Assembly: GCA_963734545.1 (NCBI GenBank)
Contig: CAVTHO010000005.1
Coordinates: 672,001 to 736,000, forward strand
Reading direction: 5' to 3'
DNA from: an uncultured Spirochaetota bacterium
Lineage (GTDB): Bacteria > Spirochaetota > Spirochaetia > SZUA-6 > Fen-1364
DNA: 64,000 bases
The notes beneath the pieces were generated by a model, which worked only from the letters and a program-made list of their open reading frames with translations, had not been told where the DNA came from and made no database searches. Both the position numbers and the translations under genes were made by a program. Position 1 is the stretch's first letter. Every line of letters begins with the position of its first letter. This document shows, piece by piece, positions 27,995 to 39,619 of the stretch.

Positions 27995-28726
27995 CTACAG
28001 CCTGAAGATTTTGTATCCCAGCAGCAGGACGAGATAGTACAGGTACGGGAACACGGCCGCGACGCGCCACGGCTTGCGCCCGATGCCGGACAACACGCCG
28101 AGCCCCGCTGCGTGCAGGCGCTTCGACGTCTGCTTCTCCCGGCCGGCGAACACCTCGAAACAGTTGCCCGACCAGAGCGAGATCCCGGGGTTCAGCTCCT
28201 TCTTGTGCCGGAGGATCCATTTGTCCTTGCCGGGCACGCCCGTGCCGACCATGAGCATGGAGGGTGAGGATTTCTTGATCGCGGTGACGATGTCTCCTTC
28301 CACCAGCTTCGGGAAGAATCCGTAGAACCTGCCGACCACGCGGATCCCGTGGAATGAGCCGAGCAGGTTCTGCTCCGCCACCTCCAGCACCTCTTTGCGC
28401 GAGCCGAGCATGTACACGGAGCCCTTGGCCTTCTCGATGACGCTGAGAATCCGGATGATGTGCTCGAACGAGTTGAAGAGGCTCACCGGCCCGGTCCTGA
28501 GGAATCGGGCCCCCTGCACGATGGGAAGCGACACGGGAAGCACGAGCGCCGCGTCACGCAGGCAGCGCATGAGCTCGGCGTCATGACGCGCCCGCAGCAG
28601 TCCCCGCAGGGAGAGGAAGACGACCTGGTTGTGCTGCCCGTTGTCCAGCAGCTCCTCGATCACCTTGCCCGAGATCTCCGGGTCGATGCTGTCCACGGGC
28701 ACATCGAGAACTTTTACCCTCTTCAC
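27995..28726 (-). CDS. WecB/TagA/CpsF family glycosyltransferase
   Basis: VLDVPVD, VYMLGS, VVG..GFF, LMVGTGVPGKDKW, AG...R; GTG start overlaps rsmE stop. Confidence 0.85.
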   Translation of the reverse strand: MKRVKVLDVPVDSIDPEISGKVIEELLDNGQHNQVVFLSLRGLLRARHDAELMRCLRDAALVLPVSLPIVQGARFLRTGPVSLFNSFEHIIRILSVIEKAKGSVYMLGSRKEVLEVAEQNLLGSFHGIRVVGRFYGFFPKLVEGDIVTAIKKSSPSMLMVGTGVPGKDKWILRHKKELNPGISLWSGNCFEVFAGREKQTSKRLHAAGLGVLSGIGRKPWRVAAVFPYLYYLVLLLGYKIFRL

Positions 28727-29481
28727 TCTTGTTGCGCCGGTATCCACGCGTCCCTCTCCTGAAGTATCGTTTTGACAGCACCGAGAGCGTACAGGGCAGC
28801 GGTCTCCACCCGCAGCACGCTGCCGCCGAGATACGCGGGGTGGAAGCCGGCGCCCTGAAGGAGTGCCGCCTCGTCCGCAGAAAGACCGCCCTCGGGGCCG
28901 ATCAGAATTGCGACCGACCGGGGCGATCTGGCAAGGAGCTGGTGCAGCGTCGCGCCGCCAAGAGGCCGCTCGTGGAAGAACAATGCCGTGCCCCACTCTT
29001 CCGCGCTCTTCGCGATCGACACGAGGCTTCGCGGCTCCTCGATCAGGGGCAGCCACGACGCACCGCTCTGCTGGAGCGCCTCGCGGGCGATCTTGCGCAG
29101 CCGCGGCACCCGGGCGTCCCTCTCGTCCGGCCGCACCTGCGAGTGCTCGCTCAGGACAAGCACGATCCGCGCGACTCCGGCCTCCGTGGCCTGGCGGACA
29201 ATGAGATCTATTTTCCGTCCCTTTGGCAAGCACTGCATCAGCGTGATCCGGATGCCCGGAGGGGACGGGAGGGCGGCAGCCGCCGGAGCGAGCTCCGCGT
29301 CACACGCCGTTCGTCCCACCCGCACGATCCGCATCACGAAAGCGGCGCCGTGTGCGTCCACCGCTGTCAGCTCGTCCCCCGCCCGCTTTCGCAGCACGCG
29401 CGCAAGGTAGCGGAAATCTTGGCCGGTAAGGGAGATGAGACTTTCACCCCTGTACCAGCCTGGGAGAAGAAACTGTTTCAA
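28723..29481 (-). CDS. rsmE: 16S rRNA m3U1498 methyltransferase
   Basis: RVLR, QATEAGV, EALQQSG, IGPEGGLS, LRVETAA. Confidence 0.93.
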   Translation of the reverse strand: MKQFLLPGWYRGESLISLTGQDFRYLARVLRKRAGDELTAVDAHGAAFVMRIVRVGRTACDAELAPAAAALPSPPGIRITLMQCLPKGRKIDLIVRQATEAGVARIVLVLSEHSQVRPDERDARVPRLRKIAREALQQSGASWLPLIEEPRSLVSIAKSAEEWGTALFFHERPLGGATLHQLLARSPRSVAILIGPEGGLSADEAALLQGAGFHPAYLGGSVLRVETAALYALGAVKTILQERDAWIPAQQE

Positions 29482-29484
29482 TCC

Positions 29485-30891
29485 CTAAATCTTCACCCCG
29501 ATCTGGTGATTCTCCAGCGCTTTTACCGCGGCCTGCAGCACGATATCGAAGTCCAGGTCGTACATCGGAGGGTTGTTGTTGGTCAGGTTCACCTGGTTGC
29601 GGATGAGGCGCCGCAGATAGCGGTCGTTCAGCGTGATGCCCTTGGCGTGCAGGCTGCCGATGAACTGTGTCACCTGATCGTCGGTGGGCTTCGGGTTCGC
29701 CTTCGCGAAGTCCTTGAGGCTGGTGCCGTTCAAGAGGTCATTCAATGCCTTCTGCTCGGCTTCCGTGAGCTCGGGCTCCTGGAACTTGCGGTCGGGCTCG
29801 ATGCCCACCTTGTCGATGGTCACACCCGAGGGGAGATAGTAGCGTGACGTGGTGAGGCGGAATCCCCCGTCACCCAGCGCTTCCACCGTCTGCACGGAAC
29901 CCTTCCCATAGGTCTTCTCTCCAAAGAGGGTCGCCCGGTGATAGTCGCGCAGCGCGCCGGAGACGATCTCGGATGCGGAGGCCGACCACTTGTCCACGAG
30001 CACGACGACGGGGATCTTCGTGTCCACCATCATCCGGTTCTTGCGCGCGTTGTACATCAGGTTTTCGCTGGCCACCCGCTCGCTCTTTCTCTGTACGATG
30101 AGCCCCTGGTCGATGAACAGGTTCGCCACGTCCACCGCCGCCGTCAGAAGCCCGCCCGGATCTCCACGGAGGTCGAGTATCATTCCCGTGTAGCCGGCTT
30201 CGACAAAGGACCTGATGGCGGCGCGGCACCGCTCGGCCGTCTGGGGGGTGAACTCGGCGATGCGCAGGTAGCCGATGTTCCCGGGCATCATGGTGGACTT
30301 CACCGTCGGCACCTCGATGATGTCGCGGGTGATCGTGGCGTCGAACTCGATTGCATCGCCCCGCTTGAGGGTGACCGTGACGTTGGTCTTGGGAGCCCCG
30401 CGCAGCTTGTCGACGATGGCCTCGAGAGCCATCGTCCCCACCGGATCCCCGTTCACCTTGATGATGATATCTCCCGCGGAGACGCCGGCCCTGTAGGCGG
30501 GTGTCCCTTCGATGGCGGATTCGACCTGCGCGCCCACCTTCTCCACCTTCGAGATGACGAGACCCACGCCCCCGAATACGCCGGTCGTGGTGTCCGAGAT
30601 CTTGCGCCATTCCATTGCATTGTGATACGCGGAGTTGGGATCCCCGAGCGCCTCGAACATGCCCTTCATCGCCCCTTCGTACAGGGCCTTGGCTTGCGCC
30701 TTGTCCGCATCCACATACGTGTCGCGGACATAGCGCATCATGTCGCCTATCGTGCTGATGTACGCCTGCGTCTCGTCCTCGGTGCTTCCCGCGAGGAGCC
30801 GTGGTGAAACCGCGAAAAAGGCCAGCCCGGCGAGGAGGACCGCGGTCACGACGGTCCAGACGAGGCGTTCACGTGATCCGAAGAATTTCAT
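29485..30891 (-). CDS. ctpA: S41 C-terminal processing protease with PDZ domain
   Basis: GGVGL PDZ, LDLRGDPGG, SASASEI, TYGKGSVQ. Confidence 0.93.
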   Translation of the reverse strand: MKFFGSRERLVWTVVTAVLLAGLAFFAVSPRLLAGSTEDETQAYISTIGDMMRYVRDTYVDADKAQAKALYEGAMKGMFEALGDPNSAYHNAMEWRKISDTTTGVFGGVGLVISKVEKVGAQVESAIEGTPAYRAGVSAGDIIIKVNGDPVGTMALEAIVDKLRGAPKTNVTVTLKRGDAIEFDATITRDIIEVPTVKSTMMPGNIGYLRIAEFTPQTAERCRAAIRSFVEAGYTGMILDLRGDPGGLLTAAVDVANLFIDQGLIVQRKSERVASENLMYNARKNRMMVDTKIPVVVLVDKWSASASEIVSGALRDYHRATLFGEKTYGKGSVQTVEALGDGGFRLTTSRYYLPSGVTIDKVGIEPDRKFQEPELTEAEQKALNDLLNGTSLKDFAKANPKPTDDQVTQFIGSLHAKGITLNDRYLRRLIRNQVNLTNNNPPMYDLDFDIVLQAAVKALENHQIGVKI

Positions 30892-31026
30892 TCACTTCTC
30901 CCCAGGGGCATCATTCTATGCGCCTGCCCCTGATTGTCAATGTACTCAAATCTCTCGTACGCGCGCAGGCTCTCCGCGTGCCTCCCTTGACCTCGATTTC
31001 CCCGCATGGCTACACTTCCGCTGAAC

Positions 31027-31515
31027 ATGAAGGCTCGAAGGGTACTGCTCTTCGTCGGCTCCCTGTGGGAGATCGTGCGATTCTTCCTCCTGATCTCCCT
31101 TCTTGCGTTCCTGCTTCACGCCGTCAGCGGTACGGGGCGATGGGTGCTCCCCTGGCTCCTCCTGTGCGGCTCGGGCAATCTGCTCGTGGGCGTCGGCGGG
31201 ATCATGCTCTCTCTCTTTCCGGAAAAGAACGGCGGCGTGGTCGGGCTGCTTCGCCTCGGCAAGATCCTTTCCCTCTTTTCCTACGCGCTCATCCTGGTTT
31301 CGGGAGCCATGCGCATGGCCATAGGCCTGCAGGTCCTCGCCATTGGGGAATTCGCCGTGACGCTCGCCGCCGTGCTCTTCATCGTATTCGTACTGGATCT
31401 GCTCTTCCTGGCGGTTCTCCTCGCCTGGCGGGCAGGGGAAGCGCGGCGGGAGCTTCCCGCCGGCAGCGCCGATCTTGCCGAGTACACGGAGACGGAGGCG
31501 CAAGATTTTCATTAG
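31027..31515 (+). CDS. 4-TM hypothetical membrane protein
   Basis: Four hydrophobic segments; TTGACC-N17-TACACT promoter ends 10 nt upstream. Confidence 0.7.
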   Translation: MKARRVLLFVGSLWEIVRFFLLISLLAFLLHAVSGTGRWVLPWLLLCGSGNLLVGVGGIMLSLFPEKNGGVVGLLRLGKILSLFSYALILVSGAMRMAIGLQVLAIGEFAVTLAAVLFIVFVLDLLFLAVLLAWRAGEARRELPAGSADLAEYTETEAQDFH

Positions 31516-31533
31516 CCGCAGGACGCACACGCA

Positions 31534-32700
31534 ATGGTGATCCTCCCGATCGCGAGTGGAAAGGGCGGGGTCGGGAAGTCACTCCTGGCCACCAACCTCG
31601 CCGTCGCGCTCGCGGAAGCGGGGCGGAAGGTCGTGCTTGCCGATCTCGACCTGGGCGCCTCCAACGCCCATACGATGCTCGGCATCCGCTCGGTGAGCCG
31701 GGGCATCGGCACGTTCCTCTCGCTTCCCCGCATGAAATTCGAAGAGATCGTTCTGCCCACCGAATACGATGGGTTGTCATTCATCGCCGGTGACGCGGAC
31801 ATACCGGGCATCGCGAATCTCAAGTCGGCGCAGAAGAGGCGTCTCATCCGCTGCCTGGAGGCGCTCCCGGCTGATTACCTTGTCCTCGACCTCGGGCCGG
31901 GCGCCGGCGCAAACGCGCTCGATTTCTTCCTTCTCAGTGCCTTCGGCATCGTTGTGACCACCCCTGCCTTGACCGCCATTCTCAACGCGTACCTTTTTCT
32001 GAAGAACGTGGTGTTCAGACTCATGTATGCGACCGTGGACAAGGGGTCCTCCGGGGCGTTCGGCGTGCTGGAGGAAATGCGCAGGGACCCGGGCGGTCTG
32101 CAGAAGGCGTACGTTCCACGCATAATGGAGAAGATCGGGGCGGTGGATCCGGTCAGCCATGCGAAGCTTTCCGGAGTTCTCGACCGGCTCAAGCCCCGGC
32201 TCGTGCTCAACATGCTGGAGGACCCGGCGGACGCGGACAAAATGGACAAGCTGCGCCGTTCGGCTCGTGAATACCTCGGCATCGAGCTCGTGCACCTGGG
32301 GGTCATTTACAGGGATGAGCTGCAGGGTGTCGCGCTGGGATCCCGCATTCCGATTGTCCGCTACAAGCCCGGCTCGGTCCTTTCCCGGGCCGTGTATCGC
32401 ATTTCGGACAAGATCGTGTCGGCGCTTCCTGTCGAAGCCGCGAATGAAGGATGGCCCGCGCCCTCGGAGGCCGCGGAATCCGACGACGCGGGATTCCAGG
32501 CAGCCGAGTCCGAGGCGGAATCGGATTTCCAGGCCATGCGGCGCGATCTGGAGGACCTGCTCCACTCCGGCGCCCTCACGACGGGGGACCTGGTCGAGGC
32601 GGTGCGTACCCAGCAGCTCGAGCTCGCGACCCTCCGCAGGGAGAACGCCATCCTGCGCGCACGGCTTCTGCGCGCGGTTCGGGAAGGCGCCCGGGCCTGA
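31534..32700 (+). CDS. MinD/FlhG-like P-loop ATPase with C-terminal coiled coil
   Basis: ASGKGGVGKS deviant Walker A, DLDLGASN, LVLDLGPG, LVLNM. Confidence 0.88.
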   Translation: MVILPIASGKGGVGKSLLATNLAVALAEAGRKVVLADLDLGASNAHTMLGIRSVSRGIGTFLSLPRMKFEEIVLPTEYDGLSFIAGDADIPGIANLKSAQKRRLIRCLEALPADYLVLDLGPGAGANALDFFLLSAFGIVVTTPALTAILNAYLFLKNVVFRLMYATVDKGSSGAFGVLEEMRRDPGGLQKAYVPRIMEKIGAVDPVSHAKLSGVLDRLKPRLVLNMLEDPADADKMDKLRRSAREYLGIELVHLGVIYRDELQGVALGSRIPIVRYKPGSVLSRAVYRISDKIVSALPVEAANEGWPAPSEAAESDDAGFQAAESEAESDFQAMRRDLEDLLHSGALTTGDLVEAVRTQQLELATLRRENAILRARLLRAVREGARA

Positions 32701-32701
32701 C

Positions 32702-34189
32702 ATGCGGCAGTATCGCGCCTCAGTTCCCGCAGTCCTCATCGCTCTCCTGCTGTCTTCAGGTCCTCTGCATGCCGCCGACGTGCCCTCCCTCACCTTTTCT
32801 CCCGAGGTGTGGAAATTCGGGATGATCGCGCAAGGGGCGCGAATCGAGTCCACGGTCGTGGTGGCCAACCATTCCCGCGCGCCCGCAACAGTGACCTTTG
32901 TGTCCACCTGCTCCTGTCTCACCGTCGAGCCGAACAGCCGGCTCATCGCCGCCGGCGGCGAAGCGAGCTTCCGCCTCGGCTACGATTCCACGGACGACAC
33001 GGGAAACACGGCCAAGGCATTCATCGTCCAGACAGATGTGCCCGGCATGGAGCGGCTTCCTTACATTCTCCGCGGCACGGTGCGGGCAGAGCGCCCCGCA
33101 CCTGCTCCCGACGGATCCAGGACCCGGCAAGGCTCAGGGGCCATTGCCAATCCCCCGCCGGGGAGCACGACGCTGCAGTACTACTACACGCCGGGATGCC
33201 GCAGCTGCGAAGAGTTCCTCTCCACGGAGGTGCCCCGGCTGGAGAAGGAGCTGGGCCTCCACATCGATATCCAGAGGAAGGACATTCTGGACTCCGCGGC
33301 GTACGAGGAGCTTTCCTCATTCGCTGCTTCCCAGGGGCAGAGCGTACGGGCAATTCCCGCTCTTCGCGTCGGCATGACGCTCCTGCAGGGAGACCAGGAG
33401 ATCCGCGCAAAGCTGGCAGAGGTCCTGACATCCACCCTGCCGGCGCCGGCCCCCGCCCCTGCAGCTTCTACGCCGCTCGCCGACCGACTGGCGGTCTTTC
33501 CCGTCATGGCGGCCGGGCTCCTCGACGGAATCAACCCCTGCGCGTTCACGACCCTTATTTTCCTCCTGGCGTCGCTTGCGCTTGCCGGGAGGGGAAGGCG
33601 GGAAGTGCTGGTCATCGGCATGATGTTTTCTCTGGCGGTTTTCCTCACGTATCTGGGCATCGGTCTTGGCTTGTTCGCAGCCCTGCGCGCCGCGAGCGCC
33701 GTGGCTATTGTTTCGGTTCTCCTTCGATGGGTGCTGGTGATCGCGCTGTTCGTCTTTCCCGGGCTCAGCATCTACGACTATACCCTGATCCGCCGCGGCC
33801 GCCCTGCCGAGATGCTGCTGCAGCTTCCCACCGCGCTGAAAAGACAGATCCATTCCTCCATCCGCACGAGGGTGCGCACAGCCGCGCTGGTGGGGAGCTC
33901 CCTCGTGCTCGGCTTTCTTGTTTCCATTTTCGAGTTTGCGTGCACCGGCCAGGTGTACCTTCCCACGCTGGCATACCTGGCACGCGTGCACCGGCAGCTC
34001 GACGCCGTCGGCCTGCTGGTGCTGTACAATCTCTGCTTCATCGCGCCGCTCCTGCTCGTCTTTGGAGGCACCTACTGCGGCGTGAGCTCCGCCCGCATCA
34101 CCGCTTTTTTCCAGGCGCACATGGGGAAAGTGAAGCTCGGCCTGGCGGCAGTGTTCGCGGGACTGGCGGTCTTCACTCTTGTCGGATGA
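32702..34189 (+). CDS. Ig-like (DUF1573-type) + thioredoxin-like CxxC + CcdA-like transmembrane fusion
   Basis: Signal peptide; STCSCLT; YYTPGCRSC; GLLDGINPCAF; FEFACTGQVYLP. Confidence 0.8.
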   Translation: MRQYRASVPAVLIALLLSSGPLHAADVPSLTFSPEVWKFGMIAQGARIESTVVVANHSRAPATVTFVSTCSCLTVEPNSRLIAAGGEASFRLGYDSTDDTGNTAKAFIVQTDVPGMERLPYILRGTVRAERPAPAPDGSRTRQGSGAIANPPPGSTTLQYYYTPGCRSCEEFLSTEVPRLEKELGLHIDIQRKDILDSAAYEELSSFAASQGQSVRAIPALRVGMTLLQGDQEIRAKLAEVLTSTLPAPAPAPAASTPLADRLAVFPVMAAGLLDGINPCAFTTLIFLLASLALAGRGRREVLVIGMMFSLAVFLTYLGIGLGLFAALRAASAVAIVSVLLRWVLVIALFVFPGLSIYDYTLIRRGRPAEMLLQLPTALKRQIHSSIRTRVRTAALVGSSLVLGFLVSIFEFACTGQVYLPTLAYLARVHRQLDAVGLLVLYNLCFIAPLLLVFGGTYCGVSSARITAFFQAHMGKVKLGLAAVFAGLAVFTLVG

Positions 34190-34273
34190 GAACCCTTTGA
34201 ATATGCTGAAAGAGGGGGTAGACGCCGGGTCCCGGACGGGGGCCGATTCCCCCGGTCAGGCGAGAGCTCTCTC

Positions 34274-37200
34274 ATGACGATAAGAGGCGATCTGAGTCTG
34301 GAGATCGACGAGCAGGGCATCGAGGTCCGCATCACGATCGTTCCAGATGAGAATGGCGCGGAGATCTCACCGGAAAGCCTTCAGGCATTGCTTGCGGAGA
34401 AGAAGGTGCGCTCCGGCATCGACTCCGAGGCAATCGACAAAGCGTTTCGTACACTTCTGCGGAAGAAAAACGACCCGGTAAGCTTCATTGCCGCCGCGGG
34501 CACACCGCCCCAGCTCCCGACACCCGAAAGTGTCCAGTTCGAGATTTCGTCCATCCCGCCGCGGCTTGCGCTGATCGCGCGGAGCGTTCTGGCGGCCGCG
34601 CCGCAGCCGCGCGGCTTTCGCGTCCATGAAGCGAAGATCAGGACGGAGAAGAAAGTACTCAAGAAGGGGGCCCTGCCGTTCCTTCGGGGCAGGGAGCAGG
34701 TCGAGGTCGTTGTAGAGAAGAAAACCGTCCGCGAAGAGGTCGAGATCGACCCCACCGTGACGGAAACAGGTTTCGTCGGTCAGGGTGATCTCGTTGCGCG
34801 GGTGCAGCCGAGCAAGCCCGGCAGAGAGGGCAGGAGCGTGTTCGGGAGGCTCGTTCCTGCCCCCCGTCCTGATATGCAGGGCTGGCTGTTCTGTGACGGG
34901 CTTATGCGCACGGGCTCCGAGGCGCGGGCGACCGTCACCGGCTTTCTGCGCAAAGGCGCGAACTGGTGCGATGTGGTGGCATTTCGAGATCATGCCATCG
35001 AGCTTGTCGCTTCGCCTGATCACCTGACGTGCCTGCTTTCGCTCGTTCCGGGAGATCCGTCCGTTCCCGCGCCCGACGTCACGGAGATTCTCGATCGCGC
35101 GCAGAAGCTTGGCTTTTCTCCGGAAACCCTGATTCCGAAGCTCCAGATCGAAGGCATCATACGGGATGCGCTTGCGCGCAAGAGCCCGCTCGTACGAAAG
35201 CCGATCACACCGACGGCAGACGGGCTGGCGACCGTCACCGTGTCTCCGGACAAGCTCAAGGCCGTACTTCACCTGCGCAAGGGCATGGGAGGCGGCAGGC
35301 CGCTCAGCCCGGCAGACGCGAGCGCCGCTATCCGGAAGAGTGTCGTGAAGGGATTCAACCTGGAGACGGTGCAAAAGGATCTCCGCGCCTTTTTCGACGG
35401 GGCGACGATCGAGCTCGCCGACTACCCTCTCGTGCAGGGCCGGCCTCCGAAACCGGGTGCGGAACCCAGGCTCGAATGGCGTGCGCTGTTCCTTTCCACG
35501 GGGGAGGCCAACAAGATCAGGGCCCAGGCCCTCGTGAATGCTGCACACCTCACGGGTCTCGAATCCCTTTCCGCGTTTCCCCTGGAGAGGGTGGAGGCCG
35601 TGGCGCGGGTGAAGCCCGAGACGGAAGTGCTGAAGATCGCGCCGTCCGTCGGGGGCGAGCCCGGCGTCGATGTGTTCGGCGCCACGATATCTCCGCCCAA
35701 GGGCACCATGCCGGACGTCCGCCTTTACGAGGGGCTCGCTCTGCGCAGGGACATGGTGGTGGCCACCGAGTCCGGCATTCTCGAAAAAGGGAGTGACGGT
35801 ATGGCGATTCTTCTCCGGGTGCGCCCCCACGGCGACGCGGAGTTGAATGTCTCCATCTCCGCAGACCGCATGAAAGCCACGTTGTCCTATTTCCCTCCGC
35901 AGGGCGATGGAGTGCGGATTTCCACGCAAGAGGTGAGAGCAAGGATCGGCCAGGCGGGTGTCCGCAAGGGGATCAACGAGGAACGACTGCTTTCTGTGCT
36001 GGAAAGCATTGCCCGGTCCGAGACCCTCAAGGAGGTCCTGATTGCGGAGGGAAAGAAGCCGATGCAGGATGCGCAGAAGCGCATCGTTTTTCACGTCCAT
36101 ATTGCGACTGGGCAGGCCGTCGCTCTGCGGGCGGACGGCAGGGCGGATTTCCGGGCCCAGGATCGGATCACCCGGGTCAGCAAGGGAGAGCTTCTTGCGA
36201 CTGTGAGGCTTCGCGATGCCGCCTCCGAGGATGGATGGGATGTGACGGGCGCGCCGATCGCCCCGCCCCCGGAGGAGACCCTCAAGGCGGGACGCAGGGT
36301 GCGGGCAGAGGTGCAGACGGATGGCAGCGTCCGGTTCGTCGCAGAGAGTGACGGCGAGCTGATCCGGGACGGCAGTCTCATATCCGTGATGGATGCACAC
36401 ACCATTCGTGGCGACGTCGACATGTCCACGGGCAACGTGAACTTTCCCGGAATCGTCCACGTCACCGGCTCGATCACCTCCGGTTTCACGGTTATTGCGG
36501 GAGGCGTCCTGGAGGTCGGCGAGGGGGTGGGAGGAGCCCTGCTCTCCTCAGCAAGCACGATCACCGTGGCTGAAGGCATCAAGGGCGAGGGGAAAGCAAT
36601 CCTGCGTGCCGGGAAGGACATCGAGAGCGGCTTTGCCGAGCAGGCGGTGCTGCTCGCCGTTGGTGACGTCCACCTCCGGGGCGCGTGCGTGCGCTGCCAG
36701 GTCAAGTGCAATGGAAGGCTTCTCCTGGACTCGGAAAAGGGCAGTCTCGTGGGGGGAGAAGTCCGGGCGAGCCGCGGGGTCGTGGCACAGAATATCGGCT
36801 CCCCCGGCGGCACCCGCACCGTCATCTCTTTCGGACAGGACTTCCTCGTGCGGGACCAGATCGAACGCGAGGAGCAGCAGGTCGCCCTCCTGGCGAAAAA
36901 AATCACCGACCTGGACGCGGCCATGCTTATATTGCAGAAGCGGGCGCGCCAGACCGCCGGGGCAATCGCCGGTACTCAGACGCGGAGCGGCGCGCATCCG
37001 AATGCCGCACGCCCGCAGCAGCAGGATGCCGAAGCGCTGGCACGGGCGCGGTCCCAGAAGCTGACGTGCATGAAGGTGATGGAGCAGCGCAAGCTCCGCC
37101 TGATCGGGCTTCGCGACAAGTTCGACGAGCACGTGCCCTCGGAGGTCGTGGTGCGCGGCACCCTCTATCCCGGCGCGATGCTGGAGTGCCACGGCCGGCG

Positions 37201-37279
37201 GTACGAGGCGAAAACAGAAAAGAAGATGATCACCCTGCGATTCGATCCGGCGCAGGGACGGATCGTGGAAAAGATATGA
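34274..37279 (+). CDS. Long FapA/DUF342 family protein
   Basis: Repeated (V/I)S.D.(L/M)KA modules, G..V.G motifs, GDVDMSTGNVNFPG, beta-helix and coiled-coil tail, GTLYPG. Confidence 0.85.
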   Translation: MTIRGDLSLEIDEQGIEVRITIVPDENGAEISPESLQALLAEKKVRSGIDSEAIDKAFRTLLRKKNDPVSFIAAAGTPPQLPTPESVQFEISSIPPRLALIARSVLAAAPQPRGFRVHEAKIRTEKKVLKKGALPFLRGREQVEVVVEKKTVREEVEIDPTVTETGFVGQGDLVARVQPSKPGREGRSVFGRLVPAPRPDMQGWLFCDGLMRTGSEARATVTGFLRKGANWCDVVAFRDHAIELVASPDHLTCLLSLVPGDPSVPAPDVTEILDRAQKLGFSPETLIPKLQIEGIIRDALARKSPLVRKPITPTADGLATVTVSPDKLKAVLHLRKGMGGGRPLSPADASAAIRKSVVKGFNLETVQKDLRAFFDGATIELADYPLVQGRPPKPGAEPRLEWRALFLSTGEANKIRAQALVNAAHLTGLESLSAFPLERVEAVARVKPETEVLKIAPSVGGEPGVDVFGATISPPKGTMPDVRLYEGLALRRDMVVATESGILEKGSDGMAILLRVRPHGDAELNVSISADRMKATLSYFPPQGDGVRISTQEVRARIGQAGVRKGINEERLLSVLESIARSETLKEVLIAEGKKPMQDAQKRIVFHVHIATGQAVALRADGRADFRAQDRITRVSKGELLATVRLRDAASEDGWDVTGAPIAPPPEETLKAGRRVRAEVQTDGSVRFVAESDGELIRDGSLISVMDAHTIRGDVDMSTGNVNFPGIVHVTGSITSGFTVIAGGVLEVGEGVGGALLSSASTITVAEGIKGEGKAILRAGKDIESGFAEQAVLLAVGDVHLRGACVRCQVKCNGRLLLDSEKGSLVGGEVRASRGVVAQNIGSPGGTRTVISFGQDFLVRDQIEREEQQVALLAKKITDLDAAMLILQKRARQTAGAIAGTQTRSGAHPNAARPQQQDAEALARARSQKLTCMKVMEQRKLRLIGLRDKFDEHVPSEVVVRGTLYPGAMLECHGRRYEAKTEKKMITLRFDPAQGRIVEKI

Positions 37280-37293
37280 GCCAAGGAGGGGCA

Positions 37294-38316
37294 ATGCTTT
37301 CCTATATCAATTTTCCCTCGTGGATTCGACCTGAAATCATCCCTTTCCTTCCCATCCGCTGGTACGGTCTCATGTACCTCTGCGCGTTCGTGGTGGCCTA
37401 CCTGCTGTTCACCTGGCAGCTGAAGGATCGGAAAATCGCGGTCAGCAGGGACTCTGTCCTGGACATGTTCTTCTGGGCCATCGTCGGCCTGCTGGTGGGC
37501 GCGCGCGCGTTTGCCGTGACCATCTATGATTCGACCGGTTACTACCTGCAGCATCCCCTGCAGATCATCCTGCCGTTCTCCGTCGAGGACGGGAAGATCA
37601 GGCTCACCGGCATCGCCGGCATGTCCTATCACGGCGGCGTGGTGGGCGTGACAATCGCGGTCATCACGTATCTGAAGGTGAAGAAGCTGGACGTGCTGGA
37701 GTGGGCGGACATGCTGGTGGCGGGCATCCCGCTGGGATACACCTTCGGCCGTCTGGGCAATTTCATCAACGGGGAGCTCTACGGCAGGATCACGACGGCT
37801 CCCTGGGGCATGGTTTTCCCTCACGCGGAGAGCTTTCCTGTCAGCCAGCCATGGGTGAAAGACTTTGCCTCGAGTGTCGGTCTGCCCGTGCCTTCGACGG
37901 GCTTGATGAATCTGCCCCGGCATCCCTCGCAGCTGTATGAAGCGCTGTTCGAGGGCCTCGTGCTGTGGCTCGTGCTCTGGTTCATCGTGCGCAGACGCAG
38001 CCCCTACAAGGGGTTCACCACCGCCTGCTACATCATGGGCTACGGCATCATCAGGTTTTTCATCGAGTACGCGAGACAGCCGGACAAAGGCATCGGTCCC
38101 GGCGGTTTCGGCTACCCCATCGTCCTCGTGCCGCTGGACAACTACTACGCCCAGTTCAGTCCCTTCAACTTCACGACGGGGCAGATCCTGAATGTGCTGA
38201 TGATCGTGGGGGCCCTCATCGCCATGGTGGTGTTCCGGGCCCGCGCGCAGCGGCAGGCGCAGATCCCGGACGCGCCTCATCCCACGGGGCGAAAGCTCCG
38301 CAAGAAACTGAAGTAG
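37294..38316 (+). CDS. lgt: Prolipoprotein diacylglyceryl transferase
   Basis: IRWYGLMY, GMSYHGG, GRLGNFINGELYGR, RHPSQLYE, RFFIEY.R. Confidence 0.96.
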   Translation: MLSYINFPSWIRPEIIPFLPIRWYGLMYLCAFVVAYLLFTWQLKDRKIAVSRDSVLDMFFWAIVGLLVGARAFAVTIYDSTGYYLQHPLQIILPFSVEDGKIRLTGIAGMSYHGGVVGVTIAVITYLKVKKLDVLEWADMLVAGIPLGYTFGRLGNFINGELYGRITTAPWGMVFPHAESFPVSQPWVKDFASSVGLPVPSTGLMNLPRHPSQLYEALFEGLVLWLVLWFIVRRRSPYKGFTTACYIMGYGIIRFFIEYARQPDKGIGPGGFGYPIVLVPLDNYYAQFSPFNFTTGQILNVLMIVGALIAMVVFRARAQRQAQIPDAPHPTGRKLRKKLK

Positions 38317-38398
38317 GAAGCCCGCAGGCGCGCTCGCGCGCGTGCGCGCGGATGGAAACCCGCAGGCGCGCAAGTTCGCGCGCGAGCTCGCGGATGGA
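38317..38398. repeat. Two imperfect copies of a ~40-bp GC-rich palindromic unit
   Basis: GAA.CCCGCAGGCGCGC....TCGCGCGCG.GC.CGCGGATGGA twice, between lgt and nifS. Confidence 0.7.
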
Positions 38399-38429
38399 TT
38401 GCTCAGCCCTGCACCGTTCGCTATATTGA

Positions 38430-39605
<1,176 letters not shown>

Positions 39606-39619
39606 AAGAGGAACAGAGA

